The translations under genes were made by a program, and so were the position numbers. Below the pieces are notes generated by a model, which made no database searches, was not told the origin of the DNA, and saw only the letters and a program-made list of their open reading frames with translations. Shown piece after piece: positions 27,570-39,630 of a DNA stretch of 64,000 nt (the stretch's first letter is position 1; the number at the start of each line of letters is the position of its first letter). The DNA comes from Phoronis australis (lineage: Eukaryota; Animalia; Phoronida). The stretch is taken from assembly GCA_002633005.1 (NCBI GenBank), contig NMRA01000822.1:17380-81379 (forward strand). The letters are read 5' to 3'.

Positions 27570-28110
27570 GATAAGTGGTAGTAAATGCATGTAATACTTT
27601 AGACCGTGGAATTAAGATTTATTGTGGGTTGTTTCTCAACGGATTCAGAAGCTACGTCGATCTGGCTAGTCTTCAGACTCTGTACAAGAGCGTAATTGTA
27701 CCTCCTTTTTGTTACTGTGATGTTATGTGGGGTAACTGTGCAGGATAGACTTCAAAAATTACAAAACAAGACTTTTATAATGATTTTCCTATATCTGACC
27801 GCCTCGATACACTTTGTTGGCTGGCGCGCCTTTCATTTAAACTTGATGGTGTCCAATGCCAAGCATAGCCTTACTCCTGATTACCTCACTACATTCAAAA
27901 CAGTCAGATATTCTTACATTTACAATACTAGAGCCAGTGTATTAAACTGCCTGGTGCCAAAGACCTAAAAACAATTATTGCAGCAAAAGAGCTTTTGCCG
28001 CAGAGGCGCTCTCGCTCACAACGTGCTTGGAATTGCCGTCACGAACGCGCCCAATGCCAACGTCTTCAAACAGAAATACTGGGAATTTGCGCGCGGAGCA
28101 GGACTGTAGG
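27570..28110 (+). mobile_element. Degenerate CR1/L2-group LINE 3' fragment
   Basis: Frameshifted peptides LYKSVIVPPF/CYCDVMWGNC, RLQKLQN, YNTRAS and RGAL..N.L, typical of the region downstream of the RT in L2/Crack/CR1 elements. Confidence 0.7.
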
Positions 28111-30293
28111 CCTCAGCTCATCATTATTTTACTTTATTTAATCTTATTTATTCACCTGATTGCACATATCTGATAAGGATGTATAAGTTATATACTTATT
28201 TAACTTTTCAATGTAATTGTGAGAAGCTCTGTGTATTTCAAACCCCCGCTCCAGGTCCTCGACCCCTTTCCGATGTCTTGGGTCTGTTTCAAATTTCCTG
28301 AGGCTCCCACGCAAGATTGTGTCAAGTGCACCCTTGGGATGAAAATACACTTCACAATCGATAAGGTGTATAGTTGTTATGGTGAATAAATAGCTTAGGT
28401 TACTCTATACACAGGTAGATAATAGTTTCACTGTTGTTACCACATGCCCGTACCTAAGGAGTAACACCAGTGCCCGACGTAACAGGGGGGTGTGACCTGG
28501 GCCTCCCTGCAGGCTTGTCATGGCGCGCCAAAGGGATTTCAGGGGCGCCCAAACCCGTTTGTGCGCCCCAGGACGAGTAACACTTCGGTGTTGCAATCGA
28601 CCGTTGCGTTGTGAGTCAGTGATGTTTACTTGGTATTTTCTTTGTTTTATTTGTTCAACTTTGGGTCTTGCTGAAGGTTCTCCCCTGGTCCCACCATAAA
28701 TCCACCTATGTTACTCGTTAATGTTTCGCCATTGACTGTGCGAGTGAGACTCCCGTGAAAAGTACCCTCCAACAAACGTCAAAGGTGGGGTCAAACTTAA
28801 CGAGGGTCACTTTTCCACGAGAGAAGGGTCGGTATTGAACTGGCAATTTCAACATTAAAAGTTGTCACTTATCTGCTGAAAAAATGACCCCGGTCATTTA
28901 TTCAAAGGAGTCGAAACTTAATGTTACAACGACACTCCACAGTTGGCGTTATTGATAGTTATGTTTTGACACAGGTATAAGGTACTTTAAGGTAGAGTTC
29001 TGTAAGCGTTAAAAATATCGATAAGCAAGCGATACTGTGATCGCTTGCTTCGTTTGTAATATCTGGCAATTTTCTCTTGAAATCTTGTGTGTTCTCGCGT
29101 CTTACTCATAACGGTGTGATTAGTGAATATTCTACTTCCAGCGTAGTGCTCAGCGACTCATCGTCAGCGATAATCCTTTTGAAAATGCTTCTTTTGGATG
29201 AGTTAAAATTTTACTGACAATTTGTTTCGATAGAAACATTTGTTTGTAAGATAACGAAGGTCAAAACTGGCGCATGAGATGGGTACTATAGGACGTATAT
29301 ATGTAATATTGAACTATCTGAGTTCGTGGTCTAATCCTTGTACTGAAAATCAAACTCGGAATGAATTTTGAAATTTTACATTCTACTATAATATTCAAAG
29401 TGAAGAAAAATTTGTATTATTCAGTGCATGGCTTTGTTATCGTTTACGCTGATAAATTATCTATCCATTCTACTCATTGATGACGCCTAGATTAGAGCTA
29501 AAAACTCGAGTAAAACTTGAGACTGCTGGTAAAAGCTCGATTTTTTTTAGTTCAGAATCTAAATCATAGTGTTAATAATAGGGTCATCAAGTGCAAGCCA
29601 GGATTAGAAAAATGGGTCATTTTCGTGAACCATAGTGTACTGCAGCATAGAATAACAGACATTTATCCTGAATTCAAATAAAAGTAAATGAAACAGGCAA
29701 AAAAATAATTTCGACTTCAAGCACAATAATTAAACTGCGGGCCCAGACCTGAGTGTGCTTGTAAATATCGCAGGTTCTTGTTTGCGGTGATGTTTGTTTT
29801 TACTGAGATGTACATAGAAATGAAGGTAAAAAGTTGCACATTTAATTACCCATCTTTCTGGAGGGTATTAATTTTCCTTATTATCTTTGATAAGTAAGAA
29901 TCATTAGTCTTCATACACGCCACCTGTAGGTCACTTATAGCTACATATATGTCTGGAAAGATTTCTGCTCCGACCATGGTTCATCCTTTTTCTTTGTGCT
30001 ATTTAGTCATAATAAACAATATGACCTTATTTTCCCAACATTGATCTCGTTTTCTTTACTGCGTCTTTAATCTTTGAGATACATAGGTAAATCATAAAAG
30101 ACAACTGGTATACATGTAATGGCATAAAACAATACAACAAGAATAGGAACTAAATAAAACTGAAAAATCGAGATTTGAAAATGGACAGTAACAGCAGGAC
30201 TTCCCGGTCATTACTTGGACCTTCAGGCACACCATTCTATAGTGAGTGGATGCAAGTCAACTTTCGTGAAATGCAATTATAGCCTTATCCAGT

Positions 30294-33200
30294 CTATCTC
30301 ACTACGCTTGCCGTACCCGAACGCCCCCGATTTCGTATTTTACACTGCACGCGATTCAGTCTGTGTCTGCTTGCAAGGCACTCTGGGTGGCTCTGGTCAC
30401 CGTGAAGTCTCTGTCTCATATTTAGCGCATCTGTGTGAAACGTCACGGCCAAGTCAAGCTGACCTAACCTAGCACGAGCCATTCCAAGATTATTCAGTGT
30501 TATAGCAATTCCTAGGTGGTCGCGTTCGCCAAGGAGTCTGCGTTTCACTTTCAGCGAGTCCATCAAGAATTGACAGGCGCGTTCCTCACGTTTCATCATG
30601 ATGTACACCGCTCCAATATTGGTCAAGCATATTCCAATCAAATTATCACATAATCCACGCTCCATTCTTGCCAACTTCAGGGCACGTTTAAGCTTGCCCA
30701 TTGCTTTTTTTTGCCTTCTAATCTTGGCGTATATAATCGCGATTTCCAGGGTATATTTAGCGGCATAAAAATTGTTTTTAGCAACTTCAACCTCCTGTAT
30801 TGCTTGTTCGCCATACTTTAAGGCTGCATCCCACTCCTTCATAGCTACATGCACGTGCATGATGGCGTTTAAGCAAATCGAGATGTTCAGATTATTGCGA
30901 CGTCTGTTTACACTTCGATGCATTTCCAGCGATTCTCGTTGGTATGCTAGAGATTTCGTGTACTCTCCCATATCACAATATATTTTTCCGATATTCCACA
31001 GACTCACAGCAATACTTTGAGAACTATTATTGTGAAATTTTTGTTTCATTTCATGTGCCCTCAACTGATACCTCAAAGCTTGCTCTGCCTTTCCTAAAAA
31101 GCTCAAAGCTATGCCCACAAAACACATGATATCAGCAACAATTACTGGATTAACGTTTTCATCCGTTAGTGCTTTTTCCAAGTCCAGTGGATTATTTGGG
31201 TATTGTACATTTGTGTATGGCCACAACCAGCCTTCGCTCCTGCTGCGCTCAATGAAGGCAACGCACGTGTCATAATCACTTAGTTCCCTCCTGAAAAGTT
31301 CTGTCCTTCCAATGCAACCCATTAATGCTGCAATTTTCGGATGCTCTCTGGTATAAAATCTTTTCAGAATTTCCAGCTGTTGTGAAAAATAATCCAAAGA
31401 CAAACCTGTAGCAAATAAGTTAAAGTACACAACAGCAATATTTTCAAACAGGGGCAACACGTCGGGATGAATACCCCTTCCGTGTAATCTTTTAGACATT
31501 TCTATTGCGTCTTTGCAGTATCTTAGCGCTTCGCCAAAATCTCCCGCCGATATATAAATATTTCCCCTGGTGCCGATTATATACAGTATGTTAGGATTGT
31601 CACAGTCACCATATACTTTCCTTGCCATATTTAGCGCAGCATCAGAGTATTGAAGAGCTTTCCAAAATTCGCCTGTTTCTGAGTGCACTGTAGCAATATC
31701 ATTCAGGACTACAAGAACATCTTCACAGTCTGCGTCTCCATGTAAAACTTTCAAGGAAGACAACGCCGCCATTAAGTATTTAAGAGCTTCGTCATACTTA
31801 TGCAAGTTGAGATACAAACATCCCACTAATACAACGCATTCAGACACTTTCTTTTCTCTACAGTGACAAGTTGAACACATCTCTAGCGCCAATTCCGAAT
31901 ATTTTAGCGCCAGGTCATACTCTCCTTCTAAACGATACGTCCAAGATATAACAATGAAGCACTCTTGAACTTCTTGATCTGTCACATCATACATCAACAT
32001 TTCGTCTTTGTAGGTAAATTTCTTGATGTTTGTATTGGTGTCAACGTTAAGCTTCAAATCTTTGGTGACTAAATACCTAAAAAAGTAATCATGTGCTTTC
32101 TTGTAATGACAGCTGTTTAGCTCTATCATACCCCTTACGTGACAGCTGCTTTTATAGAAGCTACCTTCATGTATGGTCACTCTTGCACCATAAACCAGGT
32201 TAATAAAATCGACACTGCCAATGAAATCACGCAAAGGAAGGATGGTGAAGTAATATCGGCTTATAAGAACGGTCAGGTTTTCAAAATGTGTGACACTCTC
32301 TCGACCTCCGGAATGTTTGTCTTGGGGCAGCAAGCTGATCAGCTCGTCCTGACATCGCTTCTTCAAGTATGTGTTGAGTCGAAGAAGTGCAGCAATAGAT
32401 ACTACACACATTAAGTTGTGTGCAGCTTTGCCAGGCAATATGTTTTTAGACGCCATCTCTTTCAGTATTTCCCAAGTCGTGCAAGCATTCAAAGCAAAAC
32501 ATGATTTAAACAAAGTAACGACAAGTGTGGGCAACCTAAACATACTCTTCTTGATGTCACGAATTGTTTTTGTCGGCTTGTGGTAATTTAAGACTGGCAG
32601 AAACTCATAAAATGATTGCAAAATCTCGTCACATGCTTTCTTCCGCACACTGGTATTATTTTTGACTTGGGAACGAGCCAAGTTGAATTGTCTGACGAGT
32701 TCGTCTGCTCTGCAACTTCCACAAATCTTTACAGTTGAAGTCATGATACGATCAATGTTATAACCCTCTTTCAGCGCAGTGTTATATTCACACAGCTGTG
32801 CCATACGCTGAGGTGTCCGGATCAGTTCACGACCTTCCTTGGCTGGCCTGTCCGGGCGACCAAGAGGTGTATTACACGCGTAAGGCGCGGCGCTGTCGAA
32901 CTGAAACCCACGAGCTGCAACACTGTCTATATACCAGTTCCCGTCTTTGGTGTCGTAGTCATTCAGGGATTTGATGGCCAGTGATTTAAGCAGAGTTTCC
33001 TGGATGTTCAATACAAACAAATGGACCAATCTTGCCAAATTTTTAAAATAAGCTGTGTCTTTTGATTCGTCTTCTACGAGAATAGCCCACTCGATATCAG
33101 AAAAAGGAGTCATGTCTCCTCTAGCTAGCGACCCTAGTCCTAAGACAGCATATTCTTGTGGCGGTGTACCAAGAAGTGTAATACTTTTTGACACTAAGTC

Positions 33201-33700
33201 TTGAAAAAAATCACTCATGTGCGTACTTGAGCTGGCACATATCAACCTTGTTTTTTCAATGAATTCCTTTTCTGTAGAAATTCGTACAGAATCGCAAACA
33301 TCGAGACTATAGTTGCTTTCGATTTCATTCACAATTTTCTCAACTTCACCACGAACGGTTTTTCGTATTGTACTTATCTTACATTTTATTTCAGGACTGA
33401 AGTATAAAGGCGTTTTTTCAGGGGTGAGGGACAACACTTTGAAAAACGCCAATTCAGTTTTCTTTAACTGTTTTTTAAAATTACGCGTGCGTGTTTTGTT
33501 TGTTGTTCTCAACAAAGCAGCATTGATGAGTGCTGAAGATTGCACAAACATGCCCAAGTCTTTCGTCAGCATACCACGCTCACAATAGACCTTTCCCATC
33601 TCTTTTAGTATCCCAGCATCCCTCTCCAGATCATCACGTGACCCATTCTTGAGCGAGTCCGCCAGAGCTTGCTCCCTTTCGTCCAAGGTCGAAAGCCCGT
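30294..33700 (-). CDS. Nucleotidyltransferase-TPR paralogue B, intact main coding exon (~1135 codons): N-terminal helices, Pol-beta-fold NTase (GlnD/GlnE/DUF294-like), helical substrate-binding domain, TPR array
   Basis: Uninterrupted 1130-aa ORF. Motif YAVLGLGSLARGDMTPFSDIEWAIL at ~33080-33150; helical domain DIKKSMFRLP...TTWEILKEM...AAHNL...ALLRL; kinesin-light-chain-type TPRs (IAVSLWNIGKIYCDMGEYTKSLAYQRESLEMHR). The ORF-track TTG start is unlikely in an animal; a phase-1 acceptor tttcag lies at 33702-33701. Confidence 0.92.
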
Positions 33701-33814
33701 CTGAAACCCATGGGAAATGATATTAGGAACGCAATACGTCAACAAAATGTGGTAACATGATCGTGACTAACTTTTGTTAAACTGTTCAACAAAAACAGGA
33801 TAAAACAAACCAAC

Positions 33815-33851
33815 CGCTCTTCAAATACATTGGGATGAGTCGTTGGTTCAT
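33815..33851 (-). CDS. Candidate first coding exon of paralogue B (MNQRLIPMYLKS)
   Basis: ATG plus 12 codons plus 1 nt, then a weak G|GTTGGT donor. The phase 1 matches the acceptor at 33701 and gives a 114-bp intron. Confidence 0.35.
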
Positions 33852-34271
33852 CGCCAGGTTCTGACATAGAACCAGAACAATTCCACCTCAAGACCCCAGT
33901 TCCGCCGGATGATGTGAATTCACGATTTCTACAGCTTTATAGGAATGAGTTAAATAAAGGTTGGAAAATTGCATGTCGCCATGCAGCAGTAGGCATCGTA
34001 ATGTTTCTGTGTCATAAAGCACACCTTAACTGTGATTAGGTAAAACAAAATGCTATACACCTTCAATAGTCCGTTCAGTTAACAGAGGCAAAAGTTGGAA
34101 CTACGTTAATCGGCATATTCTCAGACTACACGTTGGAAATGGGTAAATTAAAGATTTTCATGTTATACATTGCCAAACCTTCACTCGAAGATGTTTGACT
34201 GGGATGTCACCTTGGTGACTTGAGAAAATGTTATGCGCATGTTGCGTAAAGTCGACAAACAAACAATGAGC

Positions 34272-34352
34272 TTTACCCGACAACGTTTTGTTTGTCGGGT
34301 AAAATGGCGGCTTGGAAACGAGGGTGTGTCAGGCATGCCGCGTTCTGATTGG
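34272..34352. promoter_or_regulatory. Hairpin plus YY1-like and CCAAT motifs upstream of paralogue B; candidate promoter
   Basis: 12-bp stem tttacccgacaa...ttgtcgggtaaa; aaaatggcgg; ctgattgg (CCAAT on the - strand); locally CpG-rich. Confidence 0.3.
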
Positions 34353-36030
34353 TCAGTTAAGCCGTCACTCAAAATCCTGGCGATAGGTCAATTGAGTACC
34401 AGCGTCAGTTTTTGTTAGAATGCGATGATTCTAGACACAAATTTAATTTGCCTATTGTTTACTTCCTGTCAGAATAAATTTTTATTAAGTAATTAGTAAG
34501 AATAGATCCATTTTAATTTTCCCAAAAAATGTGCATATGTACTTTTAAATCATGGGGACAGACTTGTTGACATGTACTTTAACGTCAAAATCTATTTTTA
34601 GGTGGTGTTTACAACTTTGGGTTCTGGGGTCAAAGTACTCTAATGATTCTACAAAATTCTGAGAACAAATTTTAACAGCCAATAATATGAGTGGATATGA
34701 TCATTTGGTTTTTATTAGCCAATCACTAAATAAGTAGAATGTTATATTATGGGCTGAAATCAACAAGATAATTAGATGCGCTATAGTAGTTGAAGCATAA
34801 AGACTTGCTACGGTGTACAGAAGCAATTGTACGACAGAGCCATCTCGTGGAAGATTCTAGAAAGGATCTTAGCAAGGGCAAGGGTTAACGAATAGGAAGT
34901 TAACTAAGAGCTTGTCACTTGCATTGTGGGTAGTAAGATACTACCTGAAGTGTTGCGTCATTAGCCAGAGACTGTGACCAGCAAGAAGAATCGCGGGTAG
35001 AAGAAATTGCCTGCAAGTGTTGCATCACCAGAGACGGTGACCAGCAAGTACACTGTCGCTATACAGTGTGTGTAGTGGAGAGTCCTACCTTGGATAGCAG
35101 ATAAGACATTTGATTGTTACTCTTTGTAGTTGATTACTTAATTAACAATAGGTTTCATTTGTCTAATTAGGGATTATCATATAATAAATTAATTACTGGA
35201 TTTGATTATTCACTCTCCATCTACGCACAATCTCAGAGCATAGCTACTTTTTAAACAAATCCACAGTCAATCGCCTGACACCTCCAAAAGATAGATCATG
35301 AAAGCGAAGGACAACTGCATATTACGTAATATTGTAAAATTCCGTCTAATGTTATGTAGGATCTTATTGGCAAGCCTGTGTGTTTATCCAAATCTCTACT
35401 AAACTATTAAAACAGTAAAATATAAATCCTCTGAAAGTGGTGAGGCTGTGGAGTGTGAATTGTTATCAATCTGCCACTAATTTAGCAAAATGAAGCTACA
35501 TCAATGGCAAAACCTCGGTATCAACCACGTGACCAAATTTAGTGTTACAGTTTTCTAAATTATCACTTTATTTTTGTTTTAATCATTTTTTATGTTTTTA
35601 TAGAAATGTTTTAAGTCCAATTTGTGATAGTCCGTCTAACAAAAGTGAAACATTTGAAAAGAATTCCTAACACAGCGTTGTAGTGGACAATGCGTGAATG
35701 GTCATAAGAATCCCATCTCTGCTATTTATTGCTCCTGAGTTGGCCAAATTTTTGACATTTTCTAGGGTCCTACATACATTTAATCTTGATGACGAGAAAA
35801 GATCACTTTTCTTGAATGTTGAACCTTAGACGATTGTATACTGCTATGTATGTGATATAAAGGGCCGATGGAAGTCAGTAGCTACTGTATATCAGCATGT
35901 CAGTTTTTCCCCACGTTATCATTAATTTCAAATACCATTCACCACCTATTGTCTCCTTCATTCACCCTTTCCCCACAACCGCATTCCTCCCTCCACGGAT
36001 GTCGGTGTTGCATTCACCAACTCCTCCGGC

Positions 36031-36167
36031 GTCAGTATTGCCTGCGCCTCCTTCCCCCGGGGGTTATCATCGCCTCAACCCCCCCCCCACTCACATCCTA
36101 GTGTTAGTATTGCCTGCGCCTCTTCCCTACCCGGGTTATCATCGCCCCACCTCCCCACTCACATCCC
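36031..36167. repeat. Two ~70-bp C-rich tandem units
   Basis: gt.agtattgcctgcgcctc...gggttatcatcgcc...cccactcacatcc x2. Confidence 0.75.
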
Positions 36168-37433
36168 TGTCACCTTATCCCATTATTGCATATCTTGTAC
36201 ATACTGTTGATGCCGTGCATCATTTTTTGTCATTGGTTGTTGTATTTCATTTACGTGTTACGCTGTTTATTTTCTTTCTAGGTAGCAGGACACCTTTCAC
36301 CGCTGTGATTTGGTTTCTTTTAGCAAGCAGGTTCTTTCCAGTGGTTACAATAGCATTTGCATAGTCGAATAGTAGCTTGACCGGCTGGCCATTGTTACGT
36401 ATTAGCATCTGTATGTTACGCGGGTTTTGGTGACTAGCGTTTCATGAGTTTACCGGCATTCGTTGACAAGATCTGTAACACGAATTATGTGTTTTCCTCG
36501 GTTGCTGGAACTTTTATATTAAGCACAGACTGTTAGCCAAACTGTTGTAAGTACTGAGTATTATGGCATAGCATGTTGTACTTGTGTGTATCTACTAGCT
36601 GAGTTTAGAGCGTACTTAGTTGTTGTTGTTTGACGTATAGTTTCCTTCAGCTGCTTGTTTGGCGTGTATGTTGCGCGGTACCCGGTTCATAGAATAAATA
36701 GTTACGGGTCGCAGTTAGGCAATTGTTTGTGTACGGTAATGGTTCCCAGTTGTAGAATAGATAGTACGGGTTCCAGTTAATTATGTATTGTTAGCGAGGT
36801 AGTATTTGCCTGTCATAGAGTCATTCGCGCGAGTCTTTCTAACGCTCTGATATAGTGCTTGTTAATTTACGCTTGCTTGCCGAATACTCAGACTGTGTGT
36901 GTTTTTTCTTTATTGTAGATAACCACGCTTTTCCGGTTTCTCCTTTTCAACGCTTGTTCAGTTTCTCATTCAACGCTTGTTCGGAAACTTTCCATCGCTT
37001 GCAACTAAATAATAAAGTGTGTTATGCAAACGGCTTCTTTTAATTTATCCCTGTAGCCAGACGCGGCTACACATACTCTTGTTATTTATGTTACTTTACT
37101 AGTCCATCTCTACTCCTCGTTAGTCATTTTGTTAGACCACTATATATTTTATGTACATATTATGTTTAAACTATTACTTAACATCATCTAGTCGACATGA
37201 TCTGTTAGCTCAACTCTAACCTTACTCTGCGTTAGCCATTTTATTAAGCAACTGTATAGGATGTGTGAACGTGTTTAGTTTTAACTTGTTCCTCTACCTC
37301 AACTAGCCTAGTTTGTCCGTTAGCCATTTTGTTTCTCTTATATTTTTAGTTGCTAGCTTACATTTTATTTTGTTGTATCATTTATAATATTCTTTACAAC
37401 TGCCCTTCGTTTGTCTAAGTATGCAGTTATTCC

Positions 37434-37791
37434 TGTCACGACACAGGGTGAGACAACAACTGGCATTTGTTCAAGTCTCGGGCAATCGCACCTCCCCCTC
37501 CAGTTTGGCACCCGGAGTTAGGGTTGGGTATCCGGTTGACACTACTTGCACGCAGTCGGGCACATCGTTCATTTCATTCCTCTCATTTTGTGCGTCCCTG
37601 CGGATACCCTTGAGCTGTCTTACAACATATCCTGCGGTGCTTTTCTATTGTCCATCTTACCATAAATTATCCTTTTTTACTTTACTTATGTTTATTCACT
37701 ACCTATTACTTGTAATTGTATTAGTCGTAATAAATGACCTTATATCGTCTATCTCCGTCTTCTTTTCGGCTCTGGCAATGAGCTTGTGACG
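37434..37791 (+). mobile_element. Possible solo LTR
   Basis: Starts TGTCAC and ends GTGACG, with AATAAA ~60 nt before the end. No clear TSD. Confidence 0.35.
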
Positions 37792-39019
37792 CAAGAACCT
37801 TTATATATTATTCGGGATATATGTCGATCATAAATAACGATGTGTTAACATTTTTAGTTAAGTGTCTGAACTCATTTTTACCATGCAGAATGTTTCGTTA
37901 TTTGTGGCACTAAATAGTTGTACCTTCTGACACAGCACCATCTATACTGAAAAATGGCCCTATGGAAACACGAACGACAAACGAAATTCCGTGTGTGGGC
38001 ATCAATGCGCATGCCTTGGTCGGAAATATACCGATCACAACGCCACCACTTGAACATGCCTTCATACACTGTACCTGTTTGAGCTTAAGCCACTGGATCG
38101 GGGTTTCTTTGACTTTGTTTACTTCGACCACTGTCCGTTTTAATATATTGCAGCTTTTCAAGTCAAACAACATATCAATAAAATGAAAGAGGGTTTCCCA
38201 GATTTCAACCAATGGGAATAACTGAATGTTATGACGTCGATTTCATTGCTTTAACCAATGAGAAGTCCTGTTTAACAGTATTCCACATTGCTACCTTTCG
38301 TAGCACTGCTCAATAGTGTGTAAATAGTTGTCGCTGAGTATTCTAGATGTAGGAAAATGAAATCGAATACATCTGTGTCAGTAGTGACGTCTGGGGGAAG
38401 TGGTGCCTTGAAGGTATGGTGAAGTCGATGGCGACAAGGAGGGACGCCAAATTGTATGGTTCTGGTGGGTGAATTGGCGGGTGACCGAAAATGGGATTAT
38501 ATTGATGGTGCGGAACTCTTGTTGACCGGAAGAGGGGGATTGATGGCCGACAAGTTGGGACGTAAATGGGTGTTATGGTGGGAGTGGCATGAACATTTAG
38601 CCAATACAAAATAAAATTCTTTCTAAGCTCATGCTGGGGTCAATCAGCTTCAAATAGTCATAGAACCACATCAACTTCACAGAAATAGTAGTTCAATTGT
38701 TAAAATGTCGTGTCATAAACTGCCATGTTTGTTAATAGATTACATACTGCATTTATCTATTATGAAGACCAAAAGAGCTCCAGAAAGTATTCTAAATGTG
38801 GACACTAGAGCAACGCAAAGCGTTGAAATGCACCCACAACTGCACTACTAACAACATTCTTCTTTTTCAACACTAATCAAAATAATATTAATGTCGTGAA
38901 AATGGTCACAAGGTGTCACAGAATATGTCCAAAAGTCATTTGACCATTTCACGGGACTCAGTGAAAAGTTCATCCCACCTATTTAGTGCATGAATAAAGT
39001 TGCAAAAAATTTGTCCCTT

Positions 39020-39145
39020 CAGCACACCATATCACGTGACCTGATGAATATAGGTCTGAAAAGATTTCTGACCCGGACCGGGACTAGAAACTATCACTTT
39101 CTGCTAACGTTGCAGATGCTCTATAGCCATTGAGCCGCAGTGACC
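39020..39145 (-). mobile_element. tRNA-derived SINE
   Basis: The - strand reads ggtcactgcggctcaatggctatagagcatctgcaac...gtttctagtcccggtccgggtcagaaatcttttcagac, i.e. degenerate A and B boxes then a body shared with 19455-19528 and ~29950-29975. Confidence 0.6.
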
Positions 39146-39630
39146 ACTAGTCAAACGCCCGAAATCCGACAATCAGACTTCAGTGGTGGGCATCTTACCC
39201 TTGATCCCCATTGTGAGTAAAGTTGTATGTGATTTACTGCGCCAACCTAGTTAGGAACACACTGAATGCTAGTTATGTTTCGATCCAAAGTCTTGACTTA
39301 CCAACACTTTGAGTAGCTCCCGCCATTGTGTCGTCTGGATTCTTGGTTTCACCAGCTGGAATTCTAACTGGAATGAAATCATAAATTTGTTCACTAGTCA
39401 GTGAGAGAGGATTCTTTTAGACTTTGGCGTGAACAAGGATGACATCTTCCTGATGAAGTTTATCCAAAAAAGGAACAGTGTGTAATAGAAATCCCTGGGC
39501 AGCAATTGAAGAAATATTTGGCTCAGGAAAATGATAGAAAATAAGAGCAATTTAAGGGAAAATATGAAACCATGAAATACGCTCATAAGTCATATCTTAG
39601 CTTAATGTAGTGAGATAATCTGTACTAATG

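Noticed and set aside
22809-33588. + strand ORFs overlapping the NTase-TPR genes
   Set aside because: They are antisense shadows of the real - strand reading frames.
30294-33700. Calling the NTase a cGAS/cGLR/Mab21, OAS or CD-NTase
   Set aside because: The motif context (GSLARG..TP.SDIE plus a DIKK..FR helical bundle) fits GlnD/GlnE/DUF294-like enzymes, and no Mab21-type C-terminal domain is visible.
19529-33700. NACHT/NB-ARC NLR, kinesin light chain or nephrocystin-3 orthologue
   Set aside because: No Walker A P-loop (GxxxxGK[ST]) was seen; similarity to KLC/NPHP3 is limited to generic TPRs.
34806-35245. Solo LTR (also a candidate ending gctaca at ~37071)
   Set aside because: LTR-like composition and a poly(A) signal, but no clean TG...CA termini or TSD could be fixed.
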